Shown in pieces: positions 13,111 to 27,500 of a stretch of DNA of 64,000 bases. The notes below the pieces were generated by a model, which was not told where the DNA came from, did not search any database, and worked only from the letters and a program-made list of their open reading frames with translations. Source of the stretch: Camelus dromedarius (Eukaryota); the NCBI RefSeq assembly GCF_036321535.1, contig NC_087436.1:19036001-19100000 (forward strand), given 5' to 3'. Positions within the stretch are counted from its first letter, which is position 1. Every line of letters begins with the position of its first letter. A program made the translations under genes and the position numbers.

Positions 13111-15714
13111 TAAAAATATTTTTGGTATGATGTGCTACTGTGGAAGGTTTTCTCTAGAACACTAGATATTGCTAGAAATAGAAGTTACTGTTTGATTTTT
13201 TTATGGGAATTTTTCAGCTGTGCACCTGTGCATAAAGGAACTATCCCAAAAAATATACAAAGCCCCTGCACGGAGGTGTGTTCACATTTTGGGCTTCACC
13301 GAGGAATAGATATCTGCACTCAGGCACCTGAATTCTGCCTGAATGCAGTCACTGAGTTTTTGCAATGAGCAAGACACATATTTGAAGGTTTAGGTACAGA
13401 TGTGGAGTGATTCAAATGCAAAGACAGTGTTTGTATCCTTGCTATAAAACATTCTTTCCTTCTCAACCCTGTAATGAGTTAGCATCTATAACTCAGATGC
13501 ATCTGGATGATCCAACCAGAATTCTGATCTCACAGTCCTCTTCTTTTTTTAGTTTAGGGACTTTCAGCCCCACTCCCCAACACAGGGGCATCCCCCGTGA
13601 GATCACTCAGTACTGCATCATCTCCAAGCCCTTGAGCTGTTTTCACATCAAAATGATGTTAACATTAAGTCAACAAATAATTATTGAGCACCCTGTCTGT
13701 AGCACTTTATCAGATGTGAAATGTGGAAAAATATGTGACAGTCCCTGTCGTCAAATAATTTTAAAATATAGCTAGAGAAACAAAATGAAAAAGGCATAGA
13801 GTTAATAATAATGAAAGATATAAATAAAACTTTATGAAGGAGACGCCAAAAGACAGCATATGATTAATCGTACTGCAAATTGTGTGGAAAATAACTGCTG
13901 TCAGTGTTTATTCATGTTACCTCTCTCATTCCACCTGATCCGCCAAAGTTACTCCGTGACCCCTAACCATTCATCCCTTAGACATCCTCCCAATTCACTA
14001 GGTTTCTTCTCATGGTTTTAATTCTTGGTCCAGACAAAGATCCTTGGTAAGCCACTTCAGAGAGCTCTCTTCACTGTCATCCAAGAATTCTTTGCCCATC
14101 TGCCAAGCCCCATGGTCCATTTACAATTCTGTACCAGTCTGATAAATCCTCCTTTGTTCTGACCACACCTTTTTTTAGCCCTTTCCTTAAATCATCTTAA
14201 ATCATGGCAAACAATCTGAAATCATCTCATGGGCAAAGCATTCTACACCCAAGCTCTCACTGAATTGCCAGTTGGTTTCTCTGGCCCTGCCTGCATGTCT
14301 TGAGTTCCAGGTAATAACAACCTGGATGTTACTCACTAGCCCAGAGTGAACGTGTCTACAATTCTCTTGTTCTTTCTTCCTCACCCATCCCAATTCTTAG
14401 TCTGTTCCTTTACCTGTCCCTAGCTCAGCTAAGGGCACAAGTATCTACCCAACTATTTCACTATCATTTTTCATACCTTTCTCTCTTTAAAGTTGATTCA
14501 TTACTAAGTGATTAGTTTTACCTCCTAACTATCTCAAGATTCTAATTCTTCTCTTCTGCTACTGCCTTAGTTCAGGTCTTCAGCATCTGTCTCCTACTTG
14601 GACTCTTATAAAAGCATGTGAACTTTTGCTTTTTTTCACTTTCATGTAGTGATTCTCAACAAAACCACATCCTTCTGAGGCAGGGATGGGGTTCTCAAGG
14701 GAGTAGACAACCCACAACTTGTAGCATTAACCCTGAGAGAGGTCTTCTTTCATTCTTTACTGTTGTTAATAATAATAATAATCATCATCATCATCATCCA
14801 AATGCTTTTAAAAGTGATATTATATGTCATGCTCTGTGTAATCATTTATATATGTTAATTCCCACAAAGAGGCTAAATCACATGCCCTAGGTCACACAGC
14901 TCATAAGTGTTGGTGCTGACACCCCCATCAAGGAGTCTATCTCCAGAGACTGTGCCCTTGGCTGTGGTACTAAGCTGCCTTTTGGAATCTCACTGAATTT
15001 CTAAATTTTAAATTTACATCTCAAACGGGATCACACTTTTCCTGTCTCTTCCACTTGCATCAATCCTTTCTTTTCTTATTTTTCACCCCGCCACCACTTT
15101 CGTCCTTTGCCCCTGTTATAACCAGCTACTTTCAGATCCCTGTACTCTTTCCGTGCTCTTTCCCCCCTCTGTACGTTTGCCACGCTGTTCTTTCTGCCTT
15201 TAATCCTATTGGGCACCTACCACATTTCTTTTCATTCACCTAGGGTCCCCTCAACTGCCTGAGAGAAACGTTCTCTGCGTTTCTCAAACCCATCTTTAAA
15301 GCGCCTAGTTCTTGGTGGTTTCTTTGCCATGCCTGTTTCTGAAGGCCACTTTAATCCTCAGCCTGGGAATGGAGGTCTGTCTTGGGGATTAGCAGCTATA
15401 GCAGTAACTTCGCGATTCGGTAGCAGCTCCCTGAATGACTCAATTCCAAAACATGGTTTTCAAAGTTGTTTCTTAAAGCTCAGCTGACAGTCTATTTCTT
15501 CAGCTTCCTCAGTGGTCTATAATCTATTTAATGTTCCAAGATAAATTCATTTATACTTAAACTAAATAGAGTAGCTTCTGTTTTCTGCAACTGAGTCCTG
15601 TCCACAACATCACAGCTAATTGTCACAATTTTAGTATAAGACTATTCTGATATGTCCAGAATTCCAACACAGAGAGAATTCCCCCTTCTGTGAACTTTCA
15701 CCACATAATTTCTA

Positions 15715-15892
15715 GAGTAGTGCTCAAATTTTGCTGCACATTAAAATCCCCTAGAAAGCTTAAAAACCCCTAATATCCAGGCTGTACCTCTTACCAATTA
15801 AATTAGAATCTCTGGAAGTGAGACCCAGGCATTGATGTCGTTCTGAACTACCCAGGAGAGTCCAGTGTGCAGCCAAATTGACAAGCCAGTTG
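15715..15892. mobile_element. MER5-like hAT-Charlie relic
   Basis: gtgctcaaattttgctgcacattaaaatc...ccaattaaattagaatctctgg...cccaggcat...gtgcagccaa. Confidence 0.7.
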
Positions 15893-16659
15893 TCTGAGCT
15901 CTTACTGGACATCTGAACTCCAAAGACCAAAGATAAATCCTGGAAGATAAATCCTGGAATCTTCTATCCTGGAAGAGCCAGGATTTCACAGGAATAGATA
16001 CCTAATCTAGGTTTGAATTTGCCTTTTCTGTCCAGGGCTTCGTATTACCTATTAAACCACCCAGGGCAGCTGGTCTCATATGACTCTGGAGTAGCCTTAT
16101 AAAAGTACAACTGAAGCACCAGTTCGATGGTAACACTGTGAAATGTGGGGCGCCATCTCCCAGGATGCAGTGTATTCAATTGACCAGAGATCCTATATGC
16201 TGTATCTCCCATGGGAAGGAGACACGGATCTGGTCAACTTTCTCAGCTTTAGGACTTCATCTCCGAATTGCTCATTTGCACTGCCAGAGAGCTGGCAACA
16301 TTTGGGTTTGCTTACCTTTCTCAGCTTTCTTCTTTCAGCTCCTTTCTTTGCCTTTCCTTTTCTTCATTAAAACCCACCCCTAGACCACTCCAGGTTAAAG
16401 AGACTTTTGTTCAGGACTCAGTTTACCCATTTGGCTAAATTAAATGGTTGAATTGTCAGAACAGAAAGAATAGGTGAAGGATAATTCAATGCCAAGTCAA
16501 TCACCTTGACTGATGAGATGAATTTTCTCTTGTCATTTATAGTACATGTTGCTTATTTAATAGAAAGCTCACCAGGCAGATGACTTATGGTTCGGCAAGT
16601 TTATCGTGGAGTTAATGTTTCATCTGCACTCATTGGAAAAAGTTATCCATATATCTATA

Positions 16660-17154
16660 TATATTTTTTATTGAAGAATAGTTGATTTACAATGTTCTGT
16701 TAGTTTCTGGTGTACAGCATACTGATTCAGTTATATATATGTATATGATTCAGATATATATATGTATATATAAATCCATTCTTTTTCATATTCTTTTTCA
16801 TTAGAGGTTATTACAAGATATTGAATATAGTTCCCTGTGCTACACAGTAGGACCTTGTTTATCTATTATCTACCTACCTATCTATCTATGTATCTGTCTA
16901 TTAGTTTGTATCTGCAAATCCCAAACGCCTAATTTATTCTTCCACATCCCCCATTTCTCCTCTGGTAACCATAAGATTGCTTTCTATGTCTGTGAATATG
17001 TTTCTGTTTTGTAAATAACTTCATTTGTGTCATTTTTTTTGGATTCTAGATATGAGTGATATCATACGGTATTTGTCTTTCTCTGACTTACTTCACTTAT
17101 TATGAAAATCTCTAGGTCCATCCAAGTTGCTGCATATGGCATTATTTCATTCTT
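16660..17154 (-). mobile_element. 5'-truncated L1 3' end (artiodactyl/camelid-type)
   Basis: T-rich tail then ttgaagaatagttgatttacaatgtt...ttgaatatagttccctgtgcta...tctaggtccatcca; degenerate TSD ttggaaaaa(aa)gt.at at ~16633 and ~17153. Confidence 0.85.
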
Positions 17155-18783
17155 GGAAAAAAAAGTAATATATTGAAGTGAGCTACTTATTCATAATTGT
17201 TCCTAAGGCTGCATTACATCCAGACCATACAAGCAATTGTGAATCAGGAAGTAGAGCTTTGTGGTTACCGGTGATGAACTATTATATGAATTTTTTTCCT
17301 CTAAAATCAGCGGGGCTAACACTGAGCATTTATTGCATGCTGAGAGTATACTGAGCACTGTACCAAAAGGAAAAATGACAACCCTTTCCACACTCTATTT
17401 ACTATCTATAATTCACTGAGACAAAAAAAAAATTCTCAAACCCACAAGAAAACTGCGAACTCACTCCTGTGCTCTGAAGAGGATTTTCAGCAGCATTTGC
17501 GGATAGAGTAAGCAGTTAGCTAGGGCACTGCGGGAGCCCAGATCTGCCCTCTGCTCGGTTCATGTAATCAGAGACCAGAATATTCTTAACCTTTTATGGG
17601 TGGATGAACAACAAATTAGGGATTTCTAATTGCCTTCTCTCTGAGGGCTCTCTTCCAACGGAGCGGCAAAGGTGTTAGCAGAAAAGTGTTGTGCATCCAA
17701 CGTGATGTTAACTTTTTGTGAAATTAAGAGACCTTTATTTGAAAACAGCTTTCATAGCTAGAGGCATAGACTATAAGAAAGGTACTCCGGGCTGTAATAA
17801 TTGCTGGCTGCCCTGGGAAATGGCTTCAAGGCCGGAGCTGTCCTGGCTCCGTGCAGACACATCCTCTAATTACTGAAAAACCTGTGTAGTGCCTCCATGT
17901 TAATCAGTCTCTCAGAGACTTCCGCTTTATGCGGTTCGTGAGGATTTATGGCATTTTTCTTTCCCTGTTATTAAAACCGATATTTCACAAGGAAGAAACT
18001 ATCTCCAGACAACTGTTAAAATGCAAAGTTTCAGCCATAAAAGAAAACGGCAAGATTATTCTGAGAAGATTCCGTAGAGATTTCCAAACAAGGGTAAGAA
18101 ACAACACATCAAAGAAGTGAGGGGAGGGGGGAGGAATTCAAAAATAAAAAGACATGACTTTAAAATATTAACAAAAAGACTCAACAGTTGGCCCATAGAA
18201 TCAAAAGGTTAGGGTGTAATTAATTTAAGTGCTTGTTACAATTAGGGAAATAAACATTTCATGCATCAATGCAAACTGAATTATACATAATTATGAAAGC
18301 ACTGAACTAATTGGAGCACTTGGATGAACATCGTGGAAGCCAAATTGCCTTTTTAAACCAATGATACAGTGCTTTGCATGTATCCTTCATGTCTGTGGCA
18401 AATATTAGTTAGTAATGGAAAGGAGCATATTTAGAAACATCTATTTCTCTCGAGTTAGCATTTTGTTTCTCTTGTAGCTTATACGTGCATATTTATAGAT
18501 TAAGTGATGTTACTCTTATTGAAGAAGTACAAGGCTAGGGCTGGCCGATTATATCCATGTGGCTGATGGACAGAAGAACACTGAGAGCAGAGACACGTGC
18601 TCCAGGACTCAAGCCTTCTTCCTACCTATGTACTCCAAGCTTGATGGGATACGTGAGGATGGGTAGCAGGAGTTGGTAGTCTGAGAAAAGTGAAAGAAAG
18701 TTGTGCCTCGTTGAGATAAGGCAAGGAAGATTGTAAGATCATAAGGTTAGAAAGAGGCCAATGCTGAATATTAATTTAGAATT

Positions 18784-19345
18784 TTTTTTATTTTACATTT
18801 CATTTTTTAATTGAAGTGTAGTTGGTTTACAACGTTAGTTTCAGGTGTACAGCAAAGCGATTCAATTATACATTTACATACATATATATATTCTTTTTAA
18901 GATTCTTTTCCATTCTAGGTTATTATAAGAAATTGAATATAGTTCCCTGTGCTATACAGTAGATCCTTGTTGTTTTATCTGTTTTATACATAGTGATGTA
19001 GATCTGTTAATCCCAAACTCCTAATTTCTCTCTCCCCTGCCCCTTCTCATTTGTAACCATAGTAGTGTGTTTTCTATGTCTGTGAGTCTATTTTTGGTTT
19101 GTAAATAAAATTTGTATCTTTTTAAAAAATTCCATATATAAGTGATATCATATGATATTTGTCTTTCTCTGACTTACTTCACTTAATATGATAATCTCCA
19201 GGTCCATCCATGTTGCTGGAAATGGCATTATTTTATTCTTATTATGGCTGAGTAGTATTCCATTGTATAAATATACCACAGCTTCTTTATCTAGTCATCT
19301 GTTGATGGACATTTAGGTTGTTTCCATGTCTTGGCTATTGTAAAT
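18784..19345 (-). mobile_element. 5'-truncated L1 3' end, same family as 16660-17154, fused to a U2 fragment
   Basis: T-rich tail at 18784-18808, then L1 3'UTR to ...ccatgtcttggctattgtaaat. Confidence 0.9.
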
Positions 19346-19400
19346 CATTTCTCGGCCTTTTGGCTAAGATCGAATGTCACATCTGTTCTTATCAGCTTAA
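19344..19400 (+). pseudogene. RNU2: U2 snRNA 5' fragment (nt 1-57) retropseudogene
   Basis: atcatttctcggccttttggctaagatcgaatgtcacatctgttcttatcagcttaa aligns ungapped to U2 nt 1-57 with 8 mismatches; branch-site recognition GTAGTA is mutated to GTCACA. Confidence 0.92.
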
Positions 19401-20589
19401 CTTAGAATTATTAAACCCTGATATCTCATTGCTAGAAATGACCAGAGAAATGAGAAATCATTAATCCACTGGCCCTCCTTTTATAGATGGAGAAGATGAC
19501 CACTCATGAGGTTAAGCAAGATATTTCCAGGCTGTAAAAACTATTGAACATACTAGAACCATGGTTGCCTGATTCCCCCAGTTCAATGTTTTCCATTTGG
19601 TTTAGAGCCAGTCCTTGTTTCCAGCTAAAAGATTTATTTTCAAGCCTTTCAGTGTAACATATTTACTCTCAGAGATATTTTTAAGTAATTTAGCTGTCCA
19701 TTTGGTTGTCGATAAATTACTTAGCCCTCTCTGAACCTCAGTTTCCATATTTGTGACAGGGTGGGACCAGTTTTCTCTAGTACCTTAGTAGGTCCTCCAG
19801 AATCTGAGACTGATTCTTGAAAGGGAAGTCATTTTTAAGTCATCAGAAAGGAGCAGAGGTAGCAAGGTTTGCTGTGTGGATACAAACTTTTTGTGCGTGT
19901 ATTGGAATCTGAATGAAGCCAAGCCTTAGGTGGTCTATCTCTTCTCCAGTTCCTGATGTACTTATTTCTCGTGCCCCCCCCTAAGGCTTTTATCACTTGC
20001 CTTACACATATTTACAATTACATATATATACATGTTTATATACAGACAGATTTATTTGGAGTCTGTAGAGGGCAGGAACTCTGACTTTTAGCTCTTGAAT
20101 TCTCAATGCCTTGTATATGAGTGTATAATAACCTTTCACTGGCATGAAGTTAGACGTTTCATTACCCCTTTCTTAGGTAATAAAGACATGTATGGTAAAC
20201 TAATGGGGTATCTGGCATGGATTTTCTCCCTACAACTAGCTCGTGTTCCCATTGGTATGGGATGCACATCTTTAGAGTTCCTTCTCATTGCAGGGGGTAA
20301 AAATGGGAGCAAGTCATGGATCTAAGTACAGAACTAAATACAGATCTAAATACAGAATCCTTAAGCAACCTAAAGGCTTTGCTCTCTCTCTCTCTCTCTC
20401 TCATTTTTTTAACAAAAGGAAATAAATGTAGCTTTATTTTTATAATATTCACTTTGTTTAGTGAAAGTGTACATCGTATGAGTGAGTAAAAATAATTCTA
20501 GCCCGACAGTAGAAAGTTGCATCGTGAGAACTTTTCTAGGCAGCCTTCCCTTTTCATCTCTTGAAAGGAATAGAGGACTGTGTAATGAG

Positions 20590-20755
20590 AAGAGTGTGGG
20601 TTTATGATAATCAGACAAGTTTATGTGACTTAATTTCTCTGAGCCCCAAAATCTCCATCCTAAAATGGCAATGATAATGCCTCGTAGGAAATTCTTGTGG
20701 TTTAAATGGAATAGTCCAGAACACCTAGTCCTTGATAGGTACTTAATAAATGACC
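20590..20755 (+). mobile_element. MIR SINE fragment
   Basis: gtgacttaatttctctgagcccc...aaaatggcaatgataatgcct...taggtacttaataaatg. Confidence 0.65.
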
Positions 20756-23700
20756 TGTGTGTTTGCAAGAGAAATGGACAAGCCAACTGTATTACTCATT
20801 CCCTGTTTCCCAGCCAGTCACTTTTCTCCTTGAAATGCTTGTCACAATACTGACTTTTCTACAAATCTCTGTAATGAAATGGAATTGATCCTTCACAGCT
20901 AGGAAGCCAAGTATATACAGATACACACATGTACACACACACTACTGCTGTCCCAGTAAGTTAAGAAAATTTTAACATTCATGTGTACATATGGTCTGTA
21001 GTTTTATATACATATATGTAAAACTATATGGACCTATACAGGTAATACAGATACATACATACCTACATACCTGTGCATATACATGTATATATTGCGTAGT
21101 CACTTAGAATGTGACTTCAGACAATGAATCTTGTGCTGGTTTAATTCTTTTAGTTCCTAGGTACGTGAGAACACTACATAAACGCTACCGTGGTTGCAAT
21201 AAGAGTTTCACTCACCAGTGACTCATCCCTTGAGTGTTTCGTATTCTGAGCATATTTCCCCTCCCCAATCCTCGTGCCTCTTCCAGGCCTTTGTCTTTAT
21301 ATTTGCATTGTCTGGTAATTTGGATATTTTTATTTGAGATTATTTGGCCTATGTCAGGTATTCTTCGTGCTGGTCCCCAGGGCCTTGTATCTTGTTTTTA
21401 ACTTCTTCTCTTGCCTTGCTCTCTTTTTATCAGATGTCATCCATTGTGCCTCACTATTTTACCCTTGGGTGTTTCAATTATGCATGAATGAGATCTGCCT
21501 CACAGTTGCACGTTGCCATTTTCAGTCTAAATAACTGCACACAGAAATAAAAGTCTCTGCATTGAACTTGAGTGGCTCTCAGCGGCTGGCGGGTTTCATC
21601 TGGGCTCACTCTGGTCCTCTGTCCCAGCAGCAATCTTAGGGTTGTGCTGAGTCAGCGCTCCTCTGTAGCCACCCCTCTGCTAATATCACCCAATGTCTTG
21701 CATCCAGCTCTTCCCAGCCTTCCCTCCAAGATTGCAGCTAAACCACTATTTCCACATCGTGTATTTGTGACTCCTGTGGTTGCTTTGAGTTTCCTTTCAA
21801 ACCAACACCCGATAATTCAGCAACGGGTTCTCTAAGAGTCTTAAATCAATGACTAGTGTTTCAGCAGTACCATTAAATCACTGTTCCTCTAGTGAGTTCC
21901 AGGGTTTAAATCAGTCAGCATGTCTCAGGATTTCAAACTTCCTGTATTTCTGAGAAGGCAGGAAGGAAAGGAATGGAAAATATCATCTTAGCACTGAAAG
22001 CGTGTGTGCCCAAGGCAGGTGTGGAGAAGGGCAAAAAGTGGTTGAAAATTAGGGTTGGTTTCTTTTTGTGAATCATCAGTCTGGCCATGAATACAAGCCC
22101 TTAGCTGCCCCAGCTTGCTTCTGACATAGAACTGACCCCTTTTTATTACTTATTGTGTTGTCTTTTTATGGTGATGTGTCTTCAGCATCCAGCACAATGC
22201 CTGACCCATACAAGAAACTCGACAAGGACCAAATAAATGAATAAATGAATCATAAGTATGTTCGAATTTTGACAATAAAAAGAATTATTGTCTTTTTCAT
22301 TTTAACTGTACAATGTGAATTAATAAAGTAAATCTGAGGTAGTCAGTGTAAACAACTGACCTATAAAATTCATAACTTTGTAGCTAGAAAAATTTTAGAT
22401 GGTCTTTTTCTTGAACATTATTCATGTCAGTAATCCTTTGAATCCTATGCACAACATGATTTGAAATATATGTATACCATCTTTAGATAAGAAGGCTTCT
22501 TTATTATTAATACAGTCAGAGTAGCATGTGTGATTAGAGAAACACAACCCAAAGTAACTCCTTGCTTGAGAGAACAAGGTGAATTATGCCCGCACTTAGA
22601 GGAATACCTCAGAGCCTTTGTGGGGTATTTTTTCAGCCGAGTTAATGGTTTAATTCTGCTCACTCTGCATAGCCCCAGACACTGGCCCATGCTGTGTGAA
22701 CAATCCTTAGAGCCAACCTATAGCGCATAGTTTAGGTCTTGCTAGCAGCCTCATTTAGACAGGAAGCAAGGGATGACCCGGGAAAATGTGTGTGCCGTTT
22801 CCTGAGTTGTCCTGGCTCCACACCATTAGAAGAGAGCGTCTTCTTTAACAATCTGGTGTCAACCACTCCAGTAGTGCCATCTGGTCCCAGAGATCAGCGC
22901 CCTGCACCACGGAGATGGCAAACAACGGTGTGCATGTCATTGCATAGACATACACTCTTGGGATATCAGAGGGGTGACTAGAATTTGGAAATGCTGGCAT
23001 CAAACATGAGCAAGAAAGCTGTATGTTGGCCAGCACTTCTCAGGTGTTTTCGTAAGACAGTCAATTTCAAAATATTCTTTAAAAGAATGAGCAGAACAAA
23101 TACAGAACTTTTTATTGCAAAGTGAGGCCGTTAAAAGACACATGGGTACCTGACTATGAACTGTCACCATCATAAATGAAAGGGCAGGTAATGTAAAACA
23201 AACAAACAAACAAAGCAAGCTGAGAAAAGCATAATTTCAGTAGTTCTAGAAGTGAAAGTGTTAGTTTTCTTTTTCACAATTTCGGCCCCTGTGGTTGGTG
23301 GTCCAGCCTTGGCAACAGCCCGGGGAAGCCAACTGCCTCATTCTCTTTAGGAAAAATCTCCAGGGGTCTGTATTGAAGACCTTACAGCCACTTCTGTTCA
23401 GTCCTGAGCAGGCACACTAGTGGTGTTTAGATGTTTACTGTTTCTTTAAGTAGCCAAATAGAAATCTCTGTACTTCAAGTAAACATTCAAAACCCACTCA
23501 GCCAATACCAGAGTGACCCACTTGTCCTGTGGACATTCACAGAACAGCAGCACTGAGAAAATCCCTAGGCAATAAAAGCAAATAAAAAACAGTTTTGTTC
23601 ACTTTCCAGCTACATTTTTTTCTCTTAAGAGTCTTCCCTGTCACTCAATCTGGTCAATAATTACTCTTGAGTATACATGTTCAAGGATACTAAACAAAAA

Positions 23701-24153
23701 TGTTCTTCTGTGCTGTGACCACCAGTGCTTCTAATGGGACATGGAGGAGAAGACAAGTAAATACAAATCAACCAACAAATGACTTTAGAAAAAATAACAT
23801 CGTCCCTCTGGTGAATTTTAGAGAAAACAAAACAAAACAGAGCAGAAAACAATCAACTTGCTCAAAGAAAGACTGGATATAAGAGACGTGATTGTTAGTT
23901 AAATCGTCGTAATGAAATGCACAGACCTATGCACTCTTAGATAGATAATTCATGTGCAATTTTATTATCTCTCAAGGTTTAATTAAATATTTGCCTTTTG
24001 GCTAATCAACAGCAATTAATAAGAGAAGCTTATATTCACACAACTTATAAGAAACATGAACATGGCCTGCACTGGAATTTTAGCAGTCATCTTAATGAAA
24101 GCAAGGGAGACAATAACCTTAGAGACACTTCCCAGGCCAGAGCTGAGAACCTG

Positions 24154-24525
24154 TGTACTAGTCAGGGTTCTCCAGAGAAACAGCACCCATGGGGGTGTGT
24201 GTGTGTGTGTGTGTGTGTATTTAAAGAGAAAGAGATAGAGACAGAGACAGAGACAGAGACAGAGATTTATTTTAAGGAACTGGATCCTGCAAATCATGGG
24301 AGCTGGCAAGTCCAAATTCTGCAGGTCAGGCCAGCAGGCTGAAAACCCAGGGAAGAGCTGGTATTGCAACGCAAGTCCAAGGCAGTCTGGAGGCAGAATT
24401 CATTCTTCCTCCAGGGACTTCAGTTTTTCATTTATCTGCTTTACTCAAAGGTTACTGATTTAAATGTTAATCTCATCTAAAAATACCTTCACAGCCATAT
24501 CCAAACTGGTGTTGGACCAAGTATC
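24154..24525 (-). mobile_element. MLT2-like (ERVL) LTR, internally deleted, containing (TG)n and (GAGACA)n
   Basis: tgtactagtcagggttctccagagaaacag...agatttattttaaggaa...ggcaagtccaaa...ctgatttaaatgttaatctcatctaaaaataccttcacag. Confidence 0.85.
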
Positions 24526-27500
24526 AGCCCCTCTTCTCATCCCTTCCCCTCAGGAGCCTTTGGGACAGGTCTGAACACACAGTGGTGTCTTTGACCTTGT
24601 GCTCATGTTCCTGAGGGGTCTGAATAAGATATTTAACACAGCACAACATTGCTGCATAAATTAAATCCAGTATCTTTCTCTCTTTCTGCCAATGAAGTTG
24701 CTAACAAGTTACTCAGCACTATCCTAACAGGTTGATATAGTGAGCTTTGTAACAAAGAAAGTGTCAGCTCATGCGGCAGCAACCAGAAATGGATTGTTTT
24801 GGGAAATTATAGACTTTTGACTTACATTCTGCTCACACTTTCTAGAATCTGCACCTAAAAGAGCAGGAAGGGGATAGATACTCAGACACAGGAGATGAGC
24901 CACCAGAAGAGGCACCGTTGAGGAGATGGGGCTGGTTTTGTTAGATAGTTCACCTTCGGGCCAGACCTTTTCGGAAGTCTTGTCCTTTTTCTCTGTCCCT
25001 CTATCCATGACTCTCAGAATTAGAGAAATCCTCTTTGTCCTTGCTAGCAGGGACACAAGCCAGGAGGAAATAACTGAAACTCCCAGTGGAGGCTGGGCCA
25101 CAGGAGTGGGCAGTCGCTTGGAAGGATGGGAGAAAATGGCTTTAAAGACCAAGGGATGGAGATTATCTGATTTGGGGGCTGAGACAAAAGAGTCTAGGAA
25201 GATGAGCTCAGCGGTACTATGGAGGAGGGGAAGTGAGCCCAGGAAAGGTAGCGGGGATAATTAGCCACCTCGGGAAAGCACTCTCCAGGACTCTGGCCCT
25301 TTGGTATTTGTATATATTGGTGTGGATGGAATGACAGCTCTTTAGAAGGGAGCTGGCCGATCACTCGGGTGCGCGCATGTGTACATGTGTGCATGGAATC
25401 GGGAAGGAACACCTCGCTCTTCCTCTCCCCAGGCTGAAGATCATCTGTTGCCTACACCTGTCCAGTGCAGGAGATGGGAACACGGATGGAATCTTGCAGG
25501 GGAACGATCCAGCAGCAGATCATTTTTTATGTTCAGTTATAACCACACCCTTTGGGATCAGAGGAGCTAGTGCCTCAGTTTCATATGATAAGTGTCAGTC
25601 GGTTCTGGGGGAAGCTGGCAAGTCATTATATTCCAGAGGAATTGTTCTTCCAGGTCCAGATTCATTTGGGTTCTTTGAGATTTGAAAATGTGATGAGGAT
25701 TTTTGATCTGCACCAAATAAATATGTTGGTGTTAACGCCCAGTCACACTGGGGCTGATTAGTCACTTTGTGGGTTTTCTGTATCCTTTGCTTTCCCTCCT
25801 TTTCTGACATTTGGGCATTTCACTGCTTGTTAGCAACCCTGTGAGAAGTAAAACAGAAAATAAAAGAAGATAAAATGCAAATCAACTATGTTCTATTATT
25901 TCTCTCTGATTTACTCTGATTTAGCTTGGGGGAAGTTAGACATGTTGGCTGAAAGGGCAGTTCAGGGCTTACTTGTAAATTTCAATAAGCCATCCTGTCT
26001 CTGAAGGAGAGATCACATGTCCTTCTTGGAGAGTGTTGGAGAGACGCTTGACCTTGGAAGAGTTGGATGGCCTGTGTTCTGCCTTAACCTTTAGCTGGAT
26101 GCTCGTGTCATCCTTTAGTCCACAATTTCCTCAGTTGTAATTTGGGCTGGATAATCACCATATGCCTAGAAAAGTTCCACTGAGCCACTGGCAGTTATGG
26201 AAATTTATTTGTAACTAAGAATTTTACACCCATCTAACCTCCTTGTGGCCATTAGTCATCGTTTTATGAAAAAAAATCATTTTATGGAAATTTGGTGTAA
26301 TGTTTTGGTCATAAAGCACAGTGAGAAATCTGGCCTTTCTCTTGTTAGTCCTTTGCTCCGTTGCATGGTCTAACCTACAGACCCTATTGCCATGGCTCAC
26401 TCTCCTCGTTCTCAACTACTAATCAGAAGTGGCCTCCTCTTCCATCCTCAGTGCTGGATGTGTGAGTAACTCCCTCACCCTACAGTTCAGCACCCACCCC
26501 CACACCCGCTATGAAATCCATCTCCTTAGCATCTCTAGACTTCTGGTTATGCAAACGCTAAGTCTTATTCTAACAGAACTCAAACTATTTCTACCTCTTT
26601 TAACACTTTATTTTTTTCTTCCAAATAGTCCTACTGCTATGTGAAGCCTTTAGCCAGAGAGTCCAATCTTGCTCTGTTTTCTTATTCTCTGGATTTTAGC
26701 AGGACTGCTGTGTCTAAGTCTTTTGGGACTCACTTTGACTTTATCCTAATTTCATTCACGCTGTGCTTTATGTGTCTTCACGCAGAACCAGTGTTCATGA
26801 CCAACTATGCAAATGAATTGATAAGATAAAAGAAACTTTCAGAGTAAACTACTTCATGTAGTTCATTTAAATTCATTTAAATACCAAATGTTGACTTGTT
26901 GTATACCACAAACTAGAATGATATTGTTGAAGTGTAGCTCACATGCAGTATAGCTTAATTTCTTCCATAGAAACGTATTCACATTGAATAATTATATTTG
27001 TTCCCACCAACTGTTCACCACTTTATAAAATTTGGCTAATTCACAAATATTTTTTTACTTATTTTTTTAATAATTATTACAAAATTTAACATGCCTGTGC
27101 TGTTGCTAACCATAAGTTGAAGCAGCTTCCTTCTGGTTCTCTAAGGGTAAACTTTCCTTGTCATGGATCAGACCAGATCTTTTTTCTTTGCCACTTTTTC
27201 CATTCTGTTTCTTTTTTAAAACCATAAACGCTTTGTTTTCATTCTCTCTCTGAAAAGGTATATTGAACTTTATAAAGCTTTCAGACCCGTATAGCACAAC
27301 TGTGTCTTGAGAAATAGATGCAATGAAGGAAGTTTGATAGCTTTGTAATGATAATTTAATGGCTGTACTACTTGATGTTAGACAATTCCTCAAAGTAAAA
27401 TAGCCCGAATGAGATTACAACGTGTGCAGTCATTAAGAATATCTGATAGACATGGTATGAATCATATATTAAAATGTGTTCTGAGTTAAATTTAAAGCAT

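Noticed and set aside
19344..19400. Functional U2 snRNA gene
   Set aside because: Only 57 nt, branch-site pairing region mutated, no Sm site, fused to L1
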